Source: Callorhinchus milii
Lineage: Eukaryota
Length of the DNA stretch: 64,000 nucleotides
Direction: 5' to 3'
NCBI RefSeq assembly: GCF_018977255.1
Contig: NW_024704743.1
Span: 32,676,001-32,740,000 of the forward strand
Both the position numbers and the translations under genes were made by a program. This document shows positions 25,890-38,284 of the stretch, in pieces; the first letter of the stretch is position 1, and every line of letters begins with the position of its first letter. The notes beneath the pieces were generated by a model that was not told where the DNA came from, did not search any database, and was given only the letters and a program-made list of their open reading frames with translations.

Positions 25890-28200
25890 CCTGCCACTCC
25901 CTTCACGACCCCCTCCAATGTTTTTCTGTGTGGCCCACAGTACAGAAACAGCTCTGGCCAATGTGACAAATGACATTCTATCCCCCTGTGACCAGGGCTC
26001 CTGCTGCCTCTTTGTCCTCCTTGACCTCTCTGCTGCCTTTGACACTGTCGACCACTCTATCCTCATCCACCACCTCTCACCTCCACCTTCATGGCTCTGT
26101 CCTTGACTGGTTCAGATTGTACCTCTTACACCGTCTCCACTTCATCTACACAAATGGTTTCTTCTTTAGCCACCGCAATATCTTGTGCAGCGTTCCTGAA
26201 GGCTCTGTCCTTGGTCCCCTCCTCTTCAACATCTATATGCTTCCCCTTGGTGACATCATCCACAAGTATGTATGTATGCGGATGACACCCAACTTTACTT
26301 CTCTGCCTCCACCCTTGATTCCAGGACCACTGCTGTCCTGACTGAATGTCTGTCGGACATCAAGTCCTGGATGAGAGCTAATTTTCTTCAGTTGAACATC
26401 AACAAGACTGAGACTCTCCTGATTGGCTCCCGTCAGTAGCGCCTCACCTCAGGCGCTGACAGCATCACCATCCATGGTTGCACACTCCACCTTGATAAGC
26501 CATTCCAGAACCTTGGGGTCTTGTTTGACTCTCAACTATCCTTTCTATCCCACATCTGCGCCATAACCCGCTCTGGCTTCCCCCACCTCCAGAACATCAT
26601 CTGGCTCCGCTGCTGTCTCACACCACATATTGCTGAAATCCTCATACACGCTTTCATTACATCGAGGCTTGACTATGCAAACTCATTGCTTGTTGGCCTC
26701 CCCAACTCCTCCCTCCACAGACTGCAGATCATCCAGAACTCTAGCCCACGTCCTCTTCTTGCCAAACTCCACATCACCGAATGGATTGACTACCCATACC
26801 ATATGCTAGTGAGGAAAGACAGAGCATGCTTATGACCACCTCCACCCACTCCGGAGTCAGGCTCCGCCACTGTTAAGCATGGTCGAATGGGAAAGTTTTC
26901 AGGCTGGACTTCAAAATGGGAAGAGAGGGTGCAAGGCGGAAGGAGAGTGTTCCAGAGTTTTGGGGCATCGTGGTTGAAAGCACAACCTCCTATGGTGGGG
27001 TGAAGTGTGCGAGGGACGAGCAAGAGGTCAGTGCCACTTGAGAGGAGGCACCATTGGTGGAGTGGGGAGTGAGGAGATCGGAGAGGTAGGGAGGTGCCAG
27101 GGAATGAATGGATTTGAACATGAGAGTGAGGATCTTGAAGTTGATCCATTCGGTGATGTGGAGCCTGGCCAGAACCGGTGAGGTGTGGGTACGGAGTTTG
27201 GGCCGAGTCAGTATGCGGGCGGCAGAGTTTTGAATGAGCTGGATCTTCTGAATGGTGGAGCTCAAGAGACCGGCGAGAATTGCATTAGAGTAATCCAAGC
27301 GGGAAGTGACAAACATATGCACAGAGTTTCGGCCGCACTTGGGGTAAAGTACGGTCGGAGGCGGGCAATGTGGCGGGGGTGGAAGACAGTGATCCTGTTC
27401 AGGGACCAGATGTGGGAGAGGAAGGACCATTGGGGGTTGAACCAGACACCTAGGTTGTGCACTGATTCGGTGAGTCTGAGGGAGAGCCCAGGGAGGTTGA
27501 GGAGTTTAGATCCTAAGGAGTGAAGACATTGATGGGAGCCAAGGAGTATGGCTTCCTCTTGTCCATATTCAGCTGCAGGAAGTTTACACTCATCCAGACA
27601 AGCTGATAGAACATCAGCCAACCTAGAGTTGATACTGGAGGAGGCAAAGTAGATTTGTGTGTCATCCGCATACATGTGGAAGTTTACCCCGTGTCTGCAG
27701 ATGACATCGCCTAGATGGAGCATGTAGATAAGGAAAAGAAGAGGGCCAAAAATGGAGCCCTGGGTTGCCCTACAAGTGACTGGGCAGGGGTGGGAGGAGA
27801 AATCGTTTGCTGAGATGAAATGAGGTGGTTGGTTAAGTAGGATTTGAACCATGCAAGTGTGGTCCCACTAAGGTAGATGAGGGATGAGAGCCAATGGAGG
27901 CTAGCTGTGTCCATTGTGTTGAACGCAGCAGAGAGATCCAGGGGGATGAGGAGGCAGAGGGAGCCCTGGTCATAGATAGAGAGAATGTTGTTTGTGGCTT
28001 TGACAAGCGCTGTCTCTGTTAGGATGAGGTCATGGATAGTTAAGGGCTTTGTTGGAGAGAGAACGGATATTTTGGAAGGAAATGTGGATAGGTTTGTTGG
28101 TGGGGGGCAGGAGACATTGCAGGGTGGGGAGAGGGGGGATAGTAGTCATAACTTAGGTACCAAAGACCAGGAGGGAAGGTAGGACAAGGTAGCAGAAGAT
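25890..28200. mobile_element. Convergent L2 copies (+ 25890-26880; - 26880-28200)
   Basis: [20 protein letters not shown] and YADD-region motifs on each strand. Confidence 0.85.
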
Positions 28201-28214
28201 TAGTAGAACATATA

Positions 28215-28640
28215 CTATACTTACCCTACCTGGCGGATTTGAAAAAGGCACCAGGAAGTGACGTCATACCAATATGTATTTGGACAGTTTTGAAAATGAT
28301 ACCCGGAAGTGACGTCTGCCAGCAAGATTCAGCCATTTTTTAGGCGGGGGATTTTGAAATGCCGTCTCTGCGCCTGAAGCAGCCGAACCTTCGCCTCGCC
28401 AGTCGCTCACCACTGCTGGTTCGACTACCCGTGGCCTCGGCGGTACCTCGCACCCTTTATACAGGCGGGTGATTTGAAATTTCTCGCCCCGCCTGTGGCC
28501 AACCTCGCCCGGCTTTCGTCGACCAGAACCTTCAACCCTCGCTCCTTGCATCTCCCACTCGGTTTACAGTGATTTTCTGAGGCCCCGCCGCTCGCTGACT
28601 CGTGCTCTTCATGCAGGGAAGCATCCCGGAGCGCTTGACT
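28215..28640. promoter_or_regulatory. Orphan CpG-island promoter-like element
   Basis: Two GGAAGTGACGTC ETS-CRE motifs, four TTTGAA (three preceded by GGCGG), CCAAT, GCCATTTT; no CDS assigned. Confidence 0.6.
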
Positions 28641-28979
28641 CGTTTTGTTAAGTGTTTCAGGATGGGGTTCAGGTGGATGGGGAAGTTGCAGTGCAGACTA
28701 TCAAGATTCCCAAAAAATATTCCCTTCGTTGAAGCTCTTTTTAACTATGATTTGGGTCTCCTGTTGTTCCATAGAAAATCCAGAAATGAAAGGCTGTATG
28801 ATCATAATACAACTCCTGGCAGGAAAGTGAAAGCTTGTTCCAATAAAGTGTAGGTTTTTTGAATAAGTGGCTTCAGGATTGAAGCCTGGGGTGTCTTGTA
28901 TGGAGTTGGTTTGCTCTGTGCTTTATCCTCTGTGTGTATAAGTGGTTGTATGAGTGTCTGATCTGGAAAGAGAACCTAA

Positions 28980-29800
28980 GGATGTGGCAGAGAAAAGTTA
29001 TGACAGTATTCATATCACCTGTATGGTTGCCAAACAGCTGTGTAAACTCAAGATAAATAAATCTCAGGGGCCAGATAAATTGTGTCCGAGGATCCTTAAA
29101 GGGAAGGAAATCGCAGAAACACTGGGAGTCCTGACTGACCATAAATTAAAGCTTTCCCAACAATGCTCTGTGGCAGTGAATAAAGCAAACCAGATGTTGG
29201 GTTGTATCTAAAAATCAATGGCAAGCTGAAATAGTGGGGTAATCCTGCCACTGTATAAATCATTGGGGAGACCATACTTGGAGTACTGTGTACAGTTCTG
29301 TTCACCGCAGTACAAAAAGGATATTGGAGAAATTGAGACGATACAGAGAAGGATAACCAAAATGATTGAGGGAATGGAAGGACTGGATTATGAAGAGCGA
29401 CTAAGTAAATTGGGCACGTTCACACTGGAAAAAAGAAGATTGAGAGGTGACATGATTGCTGTCTTTAAGACTCTAAAGGGGAAAGACAATCTAGATCATG
29501 ATAAGCTGTTTCAACTTGTCCAGAATAGTAAGACCAGAAGATATGGCCTGCGATTAAAGAGGGTTAAATTCAGAACAAATCTACGCAAACACTATTTGAG
29601 TAAGTGAATAGTGAACCTGTGGAACAGGCTCCCTAGGGAGAAGGTTGAAGCAGGAAGTGTTGATTCTTTCAAACACAGATTTAGGAAGTAACATTGTGGC
29701 ATATAGTACAAAGGTAGTTTGGGACATATATCCACGCAACCACCTGGAAGGTGAACTAGATGGACCTTGGTCTTTTTTCGTCTAGCATTTCTTATGTTCT
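28980..29800 (+). mobile_element. CR1 LINE, internally deleted 3' part
   Basis: KSQGPDKL, RPYLEYCVQFCSP, EKRRLRGDMIAVFK. Confidence 0.85.
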
Positions 29801-32208
29801 TATGATCACAAAGATCGTTTTGGATGAAGAAGGTCCTTTGACCCATCTGATCTTATCTTCCAGAACATCCATCCTATCGTTTTCTCAACATTCAACACAA
29901 AGATAATTGACAGATAGTGAAACTTTAACAAGCAATATAAATTGGGTCAATTTCTTCACAGTCAAACCCAGTGCACAATAATGTTTAACTCAGAAAGATT
30001 ACTGGCTTCACTGCAGTTGAAGAGTTCATATCAATCTAAAACTATAAAAACCTGACAAGCAAATAAAATATACTTTGAACTCTTAAATAAACATGATGCA
30101 ATCTGAATGAATCATATCAATCCACTTGATATAATTATTCGGACTACCAACTTCCAGCATTAACCTATTCCTTACATGAAACCAGCATCCTGGTTTCAAA
30201 CACTATATCTAGCAACCCATTCTGTTCATTAACATCTGTGGAAAGGAATACTTTCTGAGATACTGGTGGCAATTCTGTTCTGCCCTTCACAACTGGAAAA
30301 TTGTTGTTAAAATGATAAAAGTCAAGTAAGGATATTAGATTGAATCATCCTCACTCAGTGAGTAGCATTCTCATCTTGGCTTAGAAACTTGCGGATTTAA
30401 GCCCCATATCGGGACTCTGAGCCCAAGCTAGGTTGACATTCCTGTGCAGTGCTGAAAGCACTGCATTCATCATCATCCTTGCATTTGATAAGCATTTTTC
30501 ACATTGGGAGGACATCTCAAAGCGCTTCACAGGATTCACTGTAAAGGATGTGTATTGAGGAAAATGTGGCAGCCAATATATTCACAGCAATTTCCCACAA
30601 AGAACCATGAAGTGAATGATAAATGTTATCTGGGGAAGTGTCAGACAACATGGATAAACTCCCTTTTTTCAAATCATACCATGGACTCTTTAACAGCCAC
30701 CTGAAAAGGTAGACAGGACATTGCTTTAACATCACATCCAATATAAAATACTCCTAGCACTGTGTTGGAGACTGGACTGTGAGTTCAAAGTCCAGTGGGG
30801 CTTAAATCTACAACCTTCTGAATCAGAGGAGAGTACTACCAACAGAGACATGCTGACAGGACCTCATTGTCAGATGCTATCCTTTGGGTGAGATATTAAA
30901 CCGAGATCCTGTTTGCCTGTTTAAGTGTTAATGGAATGTAAGCGATCCCAAGGCACAATCCTGACAGGGCTGTAATTTCAAGAGACCGGGGGACCGGGCT
31001 GAGACTGGGGGACAGAGCTGATGGGCTCTGGGAAGACCGCTGGATGAGCTCTGGGTTGAGAGTGAGGCAGGGTTGATACTGATGGATATGACTAGAACTG
31101 GTGAGAATGTTCAGACTTACATGAGTGGTGACATGTGGGGGAGAATATTATTGGGGAAAATTTTGATCAGGTGGATGCACTGCGATGGTGCAATGGAAAG
31201 GCTGCTTACTGGGCGAAGAAGGACTAATAATGAGCATAAAGAATGCAGTTGGTGGAGAACAAAGGAGGGCACCTCCAACAATATAGCAGTCACCCAATGC
31301 CAACTGGACTATTCAAAATCCTAACAACATTTTGCACTTATATAGCGTCCTCCACGCAGGGTAGTGTCGCAGAGTGCTAAGCAGTGGCGGGGGTGTTGGG
31401 GGGTGGTGACTGTAAGCCTGGTCTAAGAGGAAGGTTTTCAGGTGGAACTTGAAAAAGGGGAGAGGCGGGGCAATGTGGAGGGATTGAGGCAGAATGTTCC
31501 AGAGTTTCAGGGCGTAGTGGCTGAAAGTGCAACCTCCAGTGGTAGAACAGAGGATGTGAGGGACAAGTGGGAGGCTGGTGCCAGTCAAGTGGAGGTCCCG
31601 GGTGGTGGATTGTGGAGTGAGGAGGTCAGAGAGGTAGGGAGGTGCCATGGAGTGAATGGATTTGAACACGAGTGAGGGCTTGAACCCTAATGTGGGGCTT
31701 GAACCCATAACCTTCTGATTCAGAGGTGAGAGTGTTCCAACTGAGCCAGAGAATTGCTGATAATGGGGAAGGATTAGTATTGTAACAAAAGGATGTTCCT
31801 GGGGACTGAACCTTCACTTTACTTTTAAGAGTAAGAATCTCAACATTAATTGAAAATGAACTGGAAAATGGCAAGCCACTCCTGACATTGCGCTTTCCGG
31901 GCAATTTATCCTAACTTGACCCAAGCTCTGAGACATGTGGAAAATCTAATTACTAATGATACATGTTTTCCTCCCTTCCCTTTCCAGTTAATGCACAACC
32001 TGCAGTGAATTTGCTCCGTTGCTGATTGCATTGAAATTGGTTGAGTTAAAGTGCAACACAAACGCATCACTGACACTGAGCATTGCCCGGGATTGTTGCA
32101 CAAACACAAAAGTATTTATCATCTGTGTTCTCCACTTTGGACTTAGCATGGGTTGCTTTTAAGTATATGGGTAATCTACAAGTCTAACATTGTGTTTCTT
32201 TTGGTTAT

Positions 32209-32586
32209 GGAGTCCTGTAGCTCAGGGGTTAGAGCACTCGCCTTTCAAGCAAGAGACCTGGGTTCGATTCCCGGGCAGAGTGAAATGTTGGATAAGTTTC
32301 CTTATTCCACACACCTATGTTTGCCTAGCAGTAAGTAGGAACCTGGTTGTTAGTCGATTGGCAGATCACTTTTCTGGGGGCAATAATTCCTTCAAAAAAA
32401 AGTAATTGGTCACTTCAATCCACAACTGTTTGTGGGACACTGCTGTGCACAATTGACTGTCACATTTCATCCACAAAATATACAGTCAATTCACTTAACA
32501 GTTTATTCTGTGAAGTGCTTTGAGACGTGTCGAAAATTTGATAAAGGCGCTATATCAAATGCAATGATTATTATTATTTATATTAT
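32209..32586 (+). mobile_element. Older-subfamily SINE
   Basis: Head with GTTCGATTCC B box, longer middle segment, tail. Confidence 0.85.
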
Positions 32587-33109
32587 TTTTTTTAAAAATC
32601 ATGCTGTCAGAAATCAATATGATCTGTGAAACAGAAACATAAAGTTGTGTAAATTTATGGATTAATATAGAGATGTCTTTTGGTGCAGGTATCCTTAATA
32701 TATTGAATCTGAACAGTGTTTTACTCTCCTCTCACTCACAGAACACAGTCTAAAATACTATTTTCCCAGTACAGTGTAAATTTTAGAGGTGCCTCATTTC
32801 CCTTCACTTTGCTGTCAATTGTTTCTCTTTCTCTTCCATTTGAACTGACTGACTGGTTTATTATTAATCTCTGCCCATCAATCCATTTCACGTGGTTTAT
32901 TGTTTGTTGTCAGCATTATATTGTGACACATGCAACTGCAACATAGAGCTCACCAAGGGAACTGAGGCGTATCTAACACATTGTTTTCAACATATTCATC
33001 AGTGCACACAATTCCAAAGCGCAGCTGGTGAGAAATGATAATTTATCATCAGTAATAAAAACTAGCAGTTTCTGAAGACTTGCGAACATAATGACCAGTT
33101 ATGGCTTCT

Positions 33110-34040
33110 CAAGCTGTTGTTCAAGATATACATTAATGATTTGGACTCAGGAATCAGCAGTACAATTTCAAAATTTGCAGACGACACCAAATTGGGGGGG
33201 AGTAATTAATACAGAGGAGGACTGCAACAAATTACAACAAGACATTAATAAACTTGCTGAATGGGCATTTAAATGGCAAATGCATTTCAATGTAGAAAAG
33301 TGTGAGGTGATACATTTTGGTAGAAGGAATAAGGAAGTCACATACATCCTGGAAAATAAAAACCTAAATGGGGTGGAGGAGCAAAGGGACCCAGGGGTAC
33401 ACGTACACAATTCACTAAAAGTGGCAACACAGGTTAATAAGGCCATAAAAAAGGCAAACCAGGCATTGGGGTTCATTTTTAGAGGGATAGAAATGAAAAG
33501 CAGGAAAGTTATGGTAAACTTCTATAGAACCGTGGTTAGACCACACTTGGAATACTGTGTGCAGTTCTGGTCCCCACATTATAGAAGGGATGTGGGGGCA
33601 CTGGAGAGGGTGGAAAGGAGATTCACAAAGATGATCCCAGAACTGAGAGGTTATAATCTATCAGGAAAGGCTGAACATACTTGGGCTCTTCTCTCTTGAA
33701 AAGAGGATGGTAAGGGGTGACCTGATAGAGGTCTTTAAAATGATGAAAGGCTTTGATAGGGTAGATATAGGGAAGATGTTTCCACTTGTGGGGGAGACCA
33801 AAACCAGGGGCCATCAATATAAAATAGTCACATAGATCAATTAGGGAAGTTAGAAGAAATTTCTTCACGCAAAGAGCAGTGGGAATATGGAACTTGCTAC
33901 CACAAGGTGTTGTTGAGGAAAATAGCATAGATGTATTTAAGGGGAAGCTAGATAGGTGCATGAGGGAGAAAGGAATAGAAGGTTATGTTTGAAGGCTTAG
34001 TTGAGGAAGGACAGGAGGAGGCTCATGTGGAACATAAGCA
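33110..34040 (+). mobile_element. CR1 LINE 3' fragment
   Basis: INDLDSG..KFADDTK, WQMHFNVEKCEVIHFG, RPHLEYCVQFWSP. Confidence 0.9.
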
Positions 34041-34538
34041 TATATTTGTGAGTATGAACTCCGTGTGTGTGGGGGTGTGCATTGTCTCTCTCTGTGTGTG
34101 TGTGTGTCTGTGTGTGCGTGTGGCGGTAAACAGTAAAAGGAAGGAATTAAAAGAGGCCACCCCCCAAAACTATAGCCCTGGGCCCCCATCAAGTTTAATC
34201 TAGTCCTGGGTGAGATGCATGGAAATCTCAGTTTGGTTTGGATACTCTTAAGCATGTATCAGACACTTGGCTGAACAAAAAAAAATTGACATAGAATGAT
34301 TTCAAACTGGGGGGATGGGGGGTGACCAAATGCAAGGATTTTTATTATTAAAATGCAAATTATAGCAACTGTGTATTTTTTGAGGGTGAACGCAATAGCC
34401 ACCTTGTTTGTCCCACAAACAGCCATGAAGTGAATGATCAATTTTATTTGTGGGATTATTGACCAGGACACCGGAAGAAACTCCCTTTTCAAATGGTGCT
34501 ACGAGATCCTTTATATCCACCTGAACAGGCAGTTTTGT

Positions 34539-34898
34539 GGAGTCCTGTAGCATATTGGTTAGGACACTCGCCTCGCAAGTGGGAGGTCCCGGGTTTGATT
34601 CCCAGACACAGCGAAACGTTAGACAAGTTTCCTTACTCCACACCTCGGTTTACCTAGCAGTAAGTAGGAATCCAGTTAGTCGATTGGCGATTGGCGGATC
34701 GCTTTTCCGGGGGTCATAATCCCTTCATAAATAAATAAAATAATTTGGTCACTCAATTTACAACTGTTTGTGGGACACTGCTGTGGGCAATTGACTGCTG
34801 CGTTTCACCCACAAAATATATAGTCAATTCACTTCACAGTAAATTCTGTGAAGCACTTTGGGAGGTTTTGAAGACGTGATAAGGCACTATATCAAATG
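34539..34898 (+). mobile_element. Older-subfamily SINE whose tail abuts the G-rich satellite
   Basis: Head and core; ends at ATATCAAATG with no (TTA)n. Confidence 0.85.
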
Positions 34899-36782
34899 GT
34901 GTGGCTGTCCTGGGGGGAGTGCAGGGCAGGGGGCAGTTCAGGCAGTCCTGGGGGCAGTGCAGGGCAGGGGGCAGTGCAGGCAGTCCTGGGGGCAGTGCAG
35001 GGCAGGGGGCAGTGCAGGCTGTCCTGGGGGCAGGGTAGGCTGTCCTGGGGGGAGGGCAGGGGGCAGGGCAGGGGGTAGTGTAGGCTGTCCTGGGGGAAAG
35101 GCAGGGGGCAGGGCAGGGTAGGGCAGGGGGTAGTGTAGGCTGTCCGGGGGGCAGTGCAGGGCAGGGCAGGGGTAGTGCAGGCTGTCCTGGGGGCAGGGCA
35201 GGGGGTAGGGCAGGGCACTGTGTAGGCTGTCCTGGGGGCAGGGCAGGGCAGGGGGTAGGGCAGGGCACAGTGTAGGCTGTCCTGGGGGCAGAGCAGGGCA
35301 GGGGGTAGGGCAGGGCAGGGGGTAGGGCAGGGCAGGGGGCAGGGGGTAGGGCAGGGCAGGGATTAGGGCAGGGCAGGGGGTAGGGCAGGGGGCAGGGCAG
35401 GGGGTAGGGCAGGGCAGGGGCTAGGGCAGGGCAGGGCAGGGGGTAGGGCAGGGCAGGGGTTAGGGCAGGGCAGGGGGCAGGGCAGGGCAGGGCCGGGGGC
35501 AGGGGGTAGGGCAGGGTAGGGCAGGGGGTAGGGCAGGTCAGGGCAGGGGGCAGTGCAGGCTGTCCTGGGGGCAGTGCAGGGCAAGGTAGGGCAGGGTAGG
35601 GTAGGCTCTCCTGGGGGGAGGGCAGGGGGCAGGGCAGGGGGTAGTGTAGGCTGTCCTGGGGGCAGGGCAGGGGGTAGTATAGGCTGTCCTGGGGGCTGTC
35701 CTGGGGGCAGGGCAGGGCACAGTGTAGGCTGTCCTGGGGGCAGGAATGGGCAGGGGGTAGGGCAGGGCAGGGGGCAGGGCAGGGGGCAGGGCAGGGCACA
35801 GTGTAGGCTGTCCTGGGGGTAGGGCAGGGGGTAGTATAGGCTGTCCTGGGGGCTGTCCTGGGGGCAGGGCAGGGCACAGTGTAGGCTGTCCTGGGGGCAG
35901 GGCAGGGCAGGGGGTAGGGCAGGGCAGGGGGTAGGGCAGGGCAGGGGGCAGGGCAGGGCACAGTGTAGGCTGTCCTGGGGGCAGGGCAGGGCAGGGGGCA
36001 GGGCAGGGCAGGGGGCAGGGAGCAGGGGCCAGGGCAGGGGGCAGGGCAGGGGGTAGGGCAGGGCAGGGGATAGGGCAGGGCAGGGGGCAGGGCAGGGGTC
36101 AGGGCAGGGGGCAGGGAGCAGGGGCCAGGGCAGGGGGCAGGGGGCAGTGCAGGCTGTCCTGGGGGCAGTGCAGGGCAGGGCAGGGCAGGGGGCAGTGCAG
36201 GCTGTCCTGGGGGCAGTGCAGGGCAGGGTAGGGCAGGGCAGGGTAGGCTGTCCTGGGGGCAGTGCAGGGCAGGGTAGGGCAGGGCAGGGTAGGCTGTCCT
36301 GGGGAAGGGCAGGGGGCAGGGCAGGGGGTAGTATAGGCTGTCCTGGGGGCTGTCCTGGGGGGCAGGGCAGGGCACAGTGTAGGCTGTCCTGGGGGCAGGG
36401 CAGGGGCAGGGCAGGGCAGGGGCCAGTGTAGGCTGGGGGCAGGGCAGGGGGCAGGGCAGGGCAGGGGTAGGGCAGCGCACAGTGTAGGCTGTCCTGGGGG
36501 CAGGGCAGGGGGCAGGGCAGGGCAGGGGGTAGGGCAGCGCACAGTGTAGGCTGTCCTGGGGGCAGGGCAGGGGGCAGGGGGCAGCGCAGGGGGCAGGGCA
36601 GGGGGTAGGGCAGGGGGTAGGGGTAGGGCAGGGGGCAGGGCACAGTGTAGGCTGTCCTGGGGGCAGTGCAGGGCAGGGGGCAGGGCAAGGCAGAGGGCAG
36701 GGCAGGGGGTAGGGCAGGGTAGGGCAGGGCAGGGGGCAGGGCAGTGCAAGGCAGGGGGCAGTGTAGGCTGTCCTGGGGGCGG
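34899..36782 (+). repeat. G-rich (GGGCA/GGGTA)n satellite with GTGTAGGCTGTCCTGGG spacers
   Basis: About 1.9 kb of G3-G6 runs, extreme G skew. Confidence 0.97.
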
Positions 36783-37064
36783 GACATAAAACAAAGTCAT
36801 CCCGTCAAAAGCAGGGGCGGGGCCTGTTGACGTCAGTGCGTAGGTCGACGTCATCACGTCACTCGCGGAGGCGCGTCGCTGATCGGTTCCGGTGCGTTGG
36901 TGGGTGGGTTTGGTTAACTCCGGGCGGATCGCTCGCTGTGTGTCTGCCCCCCTCCCCCCTCCCCCGGGCTGGTGGGGTCCGGTCCCGGTGTGTCAGCCCC
37001 TCCCCCCCGGGCTGGTGGGGTCCGGTCCCGGTGTGTCGGTGGCCGGGATCTGATCGGTTATAAA
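36781..37064 (+). promoter_or_regulatory. RBFA CpG-island promoter and 5' UTR
   Basis: CpG-dense; GC box GGGGCGGGG 36814-36822, full CRE TGACGTCA 36828-36835, further CGTCA half-sites; ~43-bp GC-rich tandem duplication 36945-37037. Confidence 0.8.
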
Positions 37065-37210
37065 CTGGCGAGCGGCGCGTGGAGGCGGTGCGCGGCCCTC
37101 GCGCTCGGGGGTCACCGCCTGCGCGGTGACGTGCGGCCGCGCCGACACCTGCACACCAGCGTGGACCTCTGTGCTAAAAACCTACTGAAGAGATTCCTCT
37201 CCAAACCGAG
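37065..37210 (+). CDS. RBFA: Mitochondrial ribosome-binding factor A, exon 1 (putative CTG start; Arg-rich presequence)
   Basis: (L/M)ASGAWRRCAALALGGHRLRGDVRPRRHLHTSVDLCAKNLLKRFLSKP resembles the RBFA N-terminus (LHxS...KNxLKxFxSK); donor AG|GTGCTC, phase 2; start position inferred. Confidence 0.78.
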
Positions 37211-37213
37211 GTG

Positions 37214-38284
37214 CTCACTCACTCACTCACTCGCTCAGTCACTCACTCAGTCACACACTCACTCAGTCGCTCACTCACTCAGTCGCTCACTCACTCGCTC
37301 ACTCAGTCACACACTCACTCAGTCACTCGCTCACTCAGTCACTCACTCAGTCGCTCGCTCACTCACTCAGTCACACACTCACTCAGTCACTCAGTCAGTC
37401 ACTCACTCAGTCACACACTCACTCACTCAGTCGCTCGCTCACTCAGTCACTCGCTCACTCACTCAGTCACACACTCACTCAGTCACTCACTCAGTCACTC
37501 GCTCACTCAGTCGCTCGCTCACTCACTCACTCACTCAGTCGCTCACTCAGTCGCTCGCTCACTCAGTCACTCGCTCACTCACTCAGTCGCTCGCTCACTC
37601 ACTCACTACTCACTCAGTCACACACTCACTCAGTCGCTCACTCACTCACTACTCACTCAGTCACACACTCAGTCGCTCGCTCACTCACTCAGTCGCTCAC
37701 TCACTCAGTCGCTCGCTCACTCACTCACTCAGTCGCTCACTCACTCAGTCATTCAGTCACTCACTCAGTCACTCACTCACTTAGTCACTCACTACTCACT
37801 CAGTCAGTCACTACTCACTCACTCAGTCAGTCACTGACTTACTCAGTCACTCACTCACTCACTGACTCACTCATTCACTCAGTCAGTCACTGACTTACTC
37901 ACTCACTGACTCACTCAGTCAGTCACTCAGTCACTCACTTACTCACTGCTCATTCAGTCACTCAGTCAGTCACTGACTTACTCAGTCACTCACTCACTGA
38001 CTCACTCAGTCAGTCACTCAGTCACTCACTCACTCACTACTCAGTCACTCACTCATTCATTCAGTCACTCACTCAGTCACTCACCCACTCAGTCACTCAC
38101 TCACTACTCACTCAGTCAGTCACTCAGTCAGTCACTGACTTACTCAGTCACTCACTCATTGACTCATTCACTCACTGACTCACTCATTGACTCACTCACT
38201 CACTGACTCATTCACTCACTGACTGACTCACTGACTCATTCACTCACTGACTCATTGACTGACTCACTCATTCACTCACTCACT
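37214..38284 (+). repeat. (CACT/CAGT/CGCT/GACT)n tetranucleotide array
   Basis: About 1.07 kb beginning just after the RBFA exon 1 donor. Confidence 0.97.

Noticed and set aside
26761..27170. Same short deletion (LH-ITEW) in two convergent L2 copies
   Set aside because: Cannot separate gene conversion from a subfamily-diagnostic indel without a consensus
25000..36780. TXNL4A expected upstream of RBFA from mammalian synteny
   Set aside because: No recognisable TXNL4A exon found on either strand
34834..36857. Long Pro/Cys-rich ORFs (548, 474, 252 aa) on the minus strand
   Set aside because: Translations of the GGGCA satellite; open only because the unit lacks stops
37059..37064. TATAAA as an RBFA TATA box
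   Set aside because: It would place the start site inside the presequence-coding region; more simply the Kozak context of the CTG
37211..37837. His/Ser/Leu/Thr extension of ORF 36972-37784
   Set aside because: Read-through into the intronic CACT array; RBFA similarity stops at the 37210 donor
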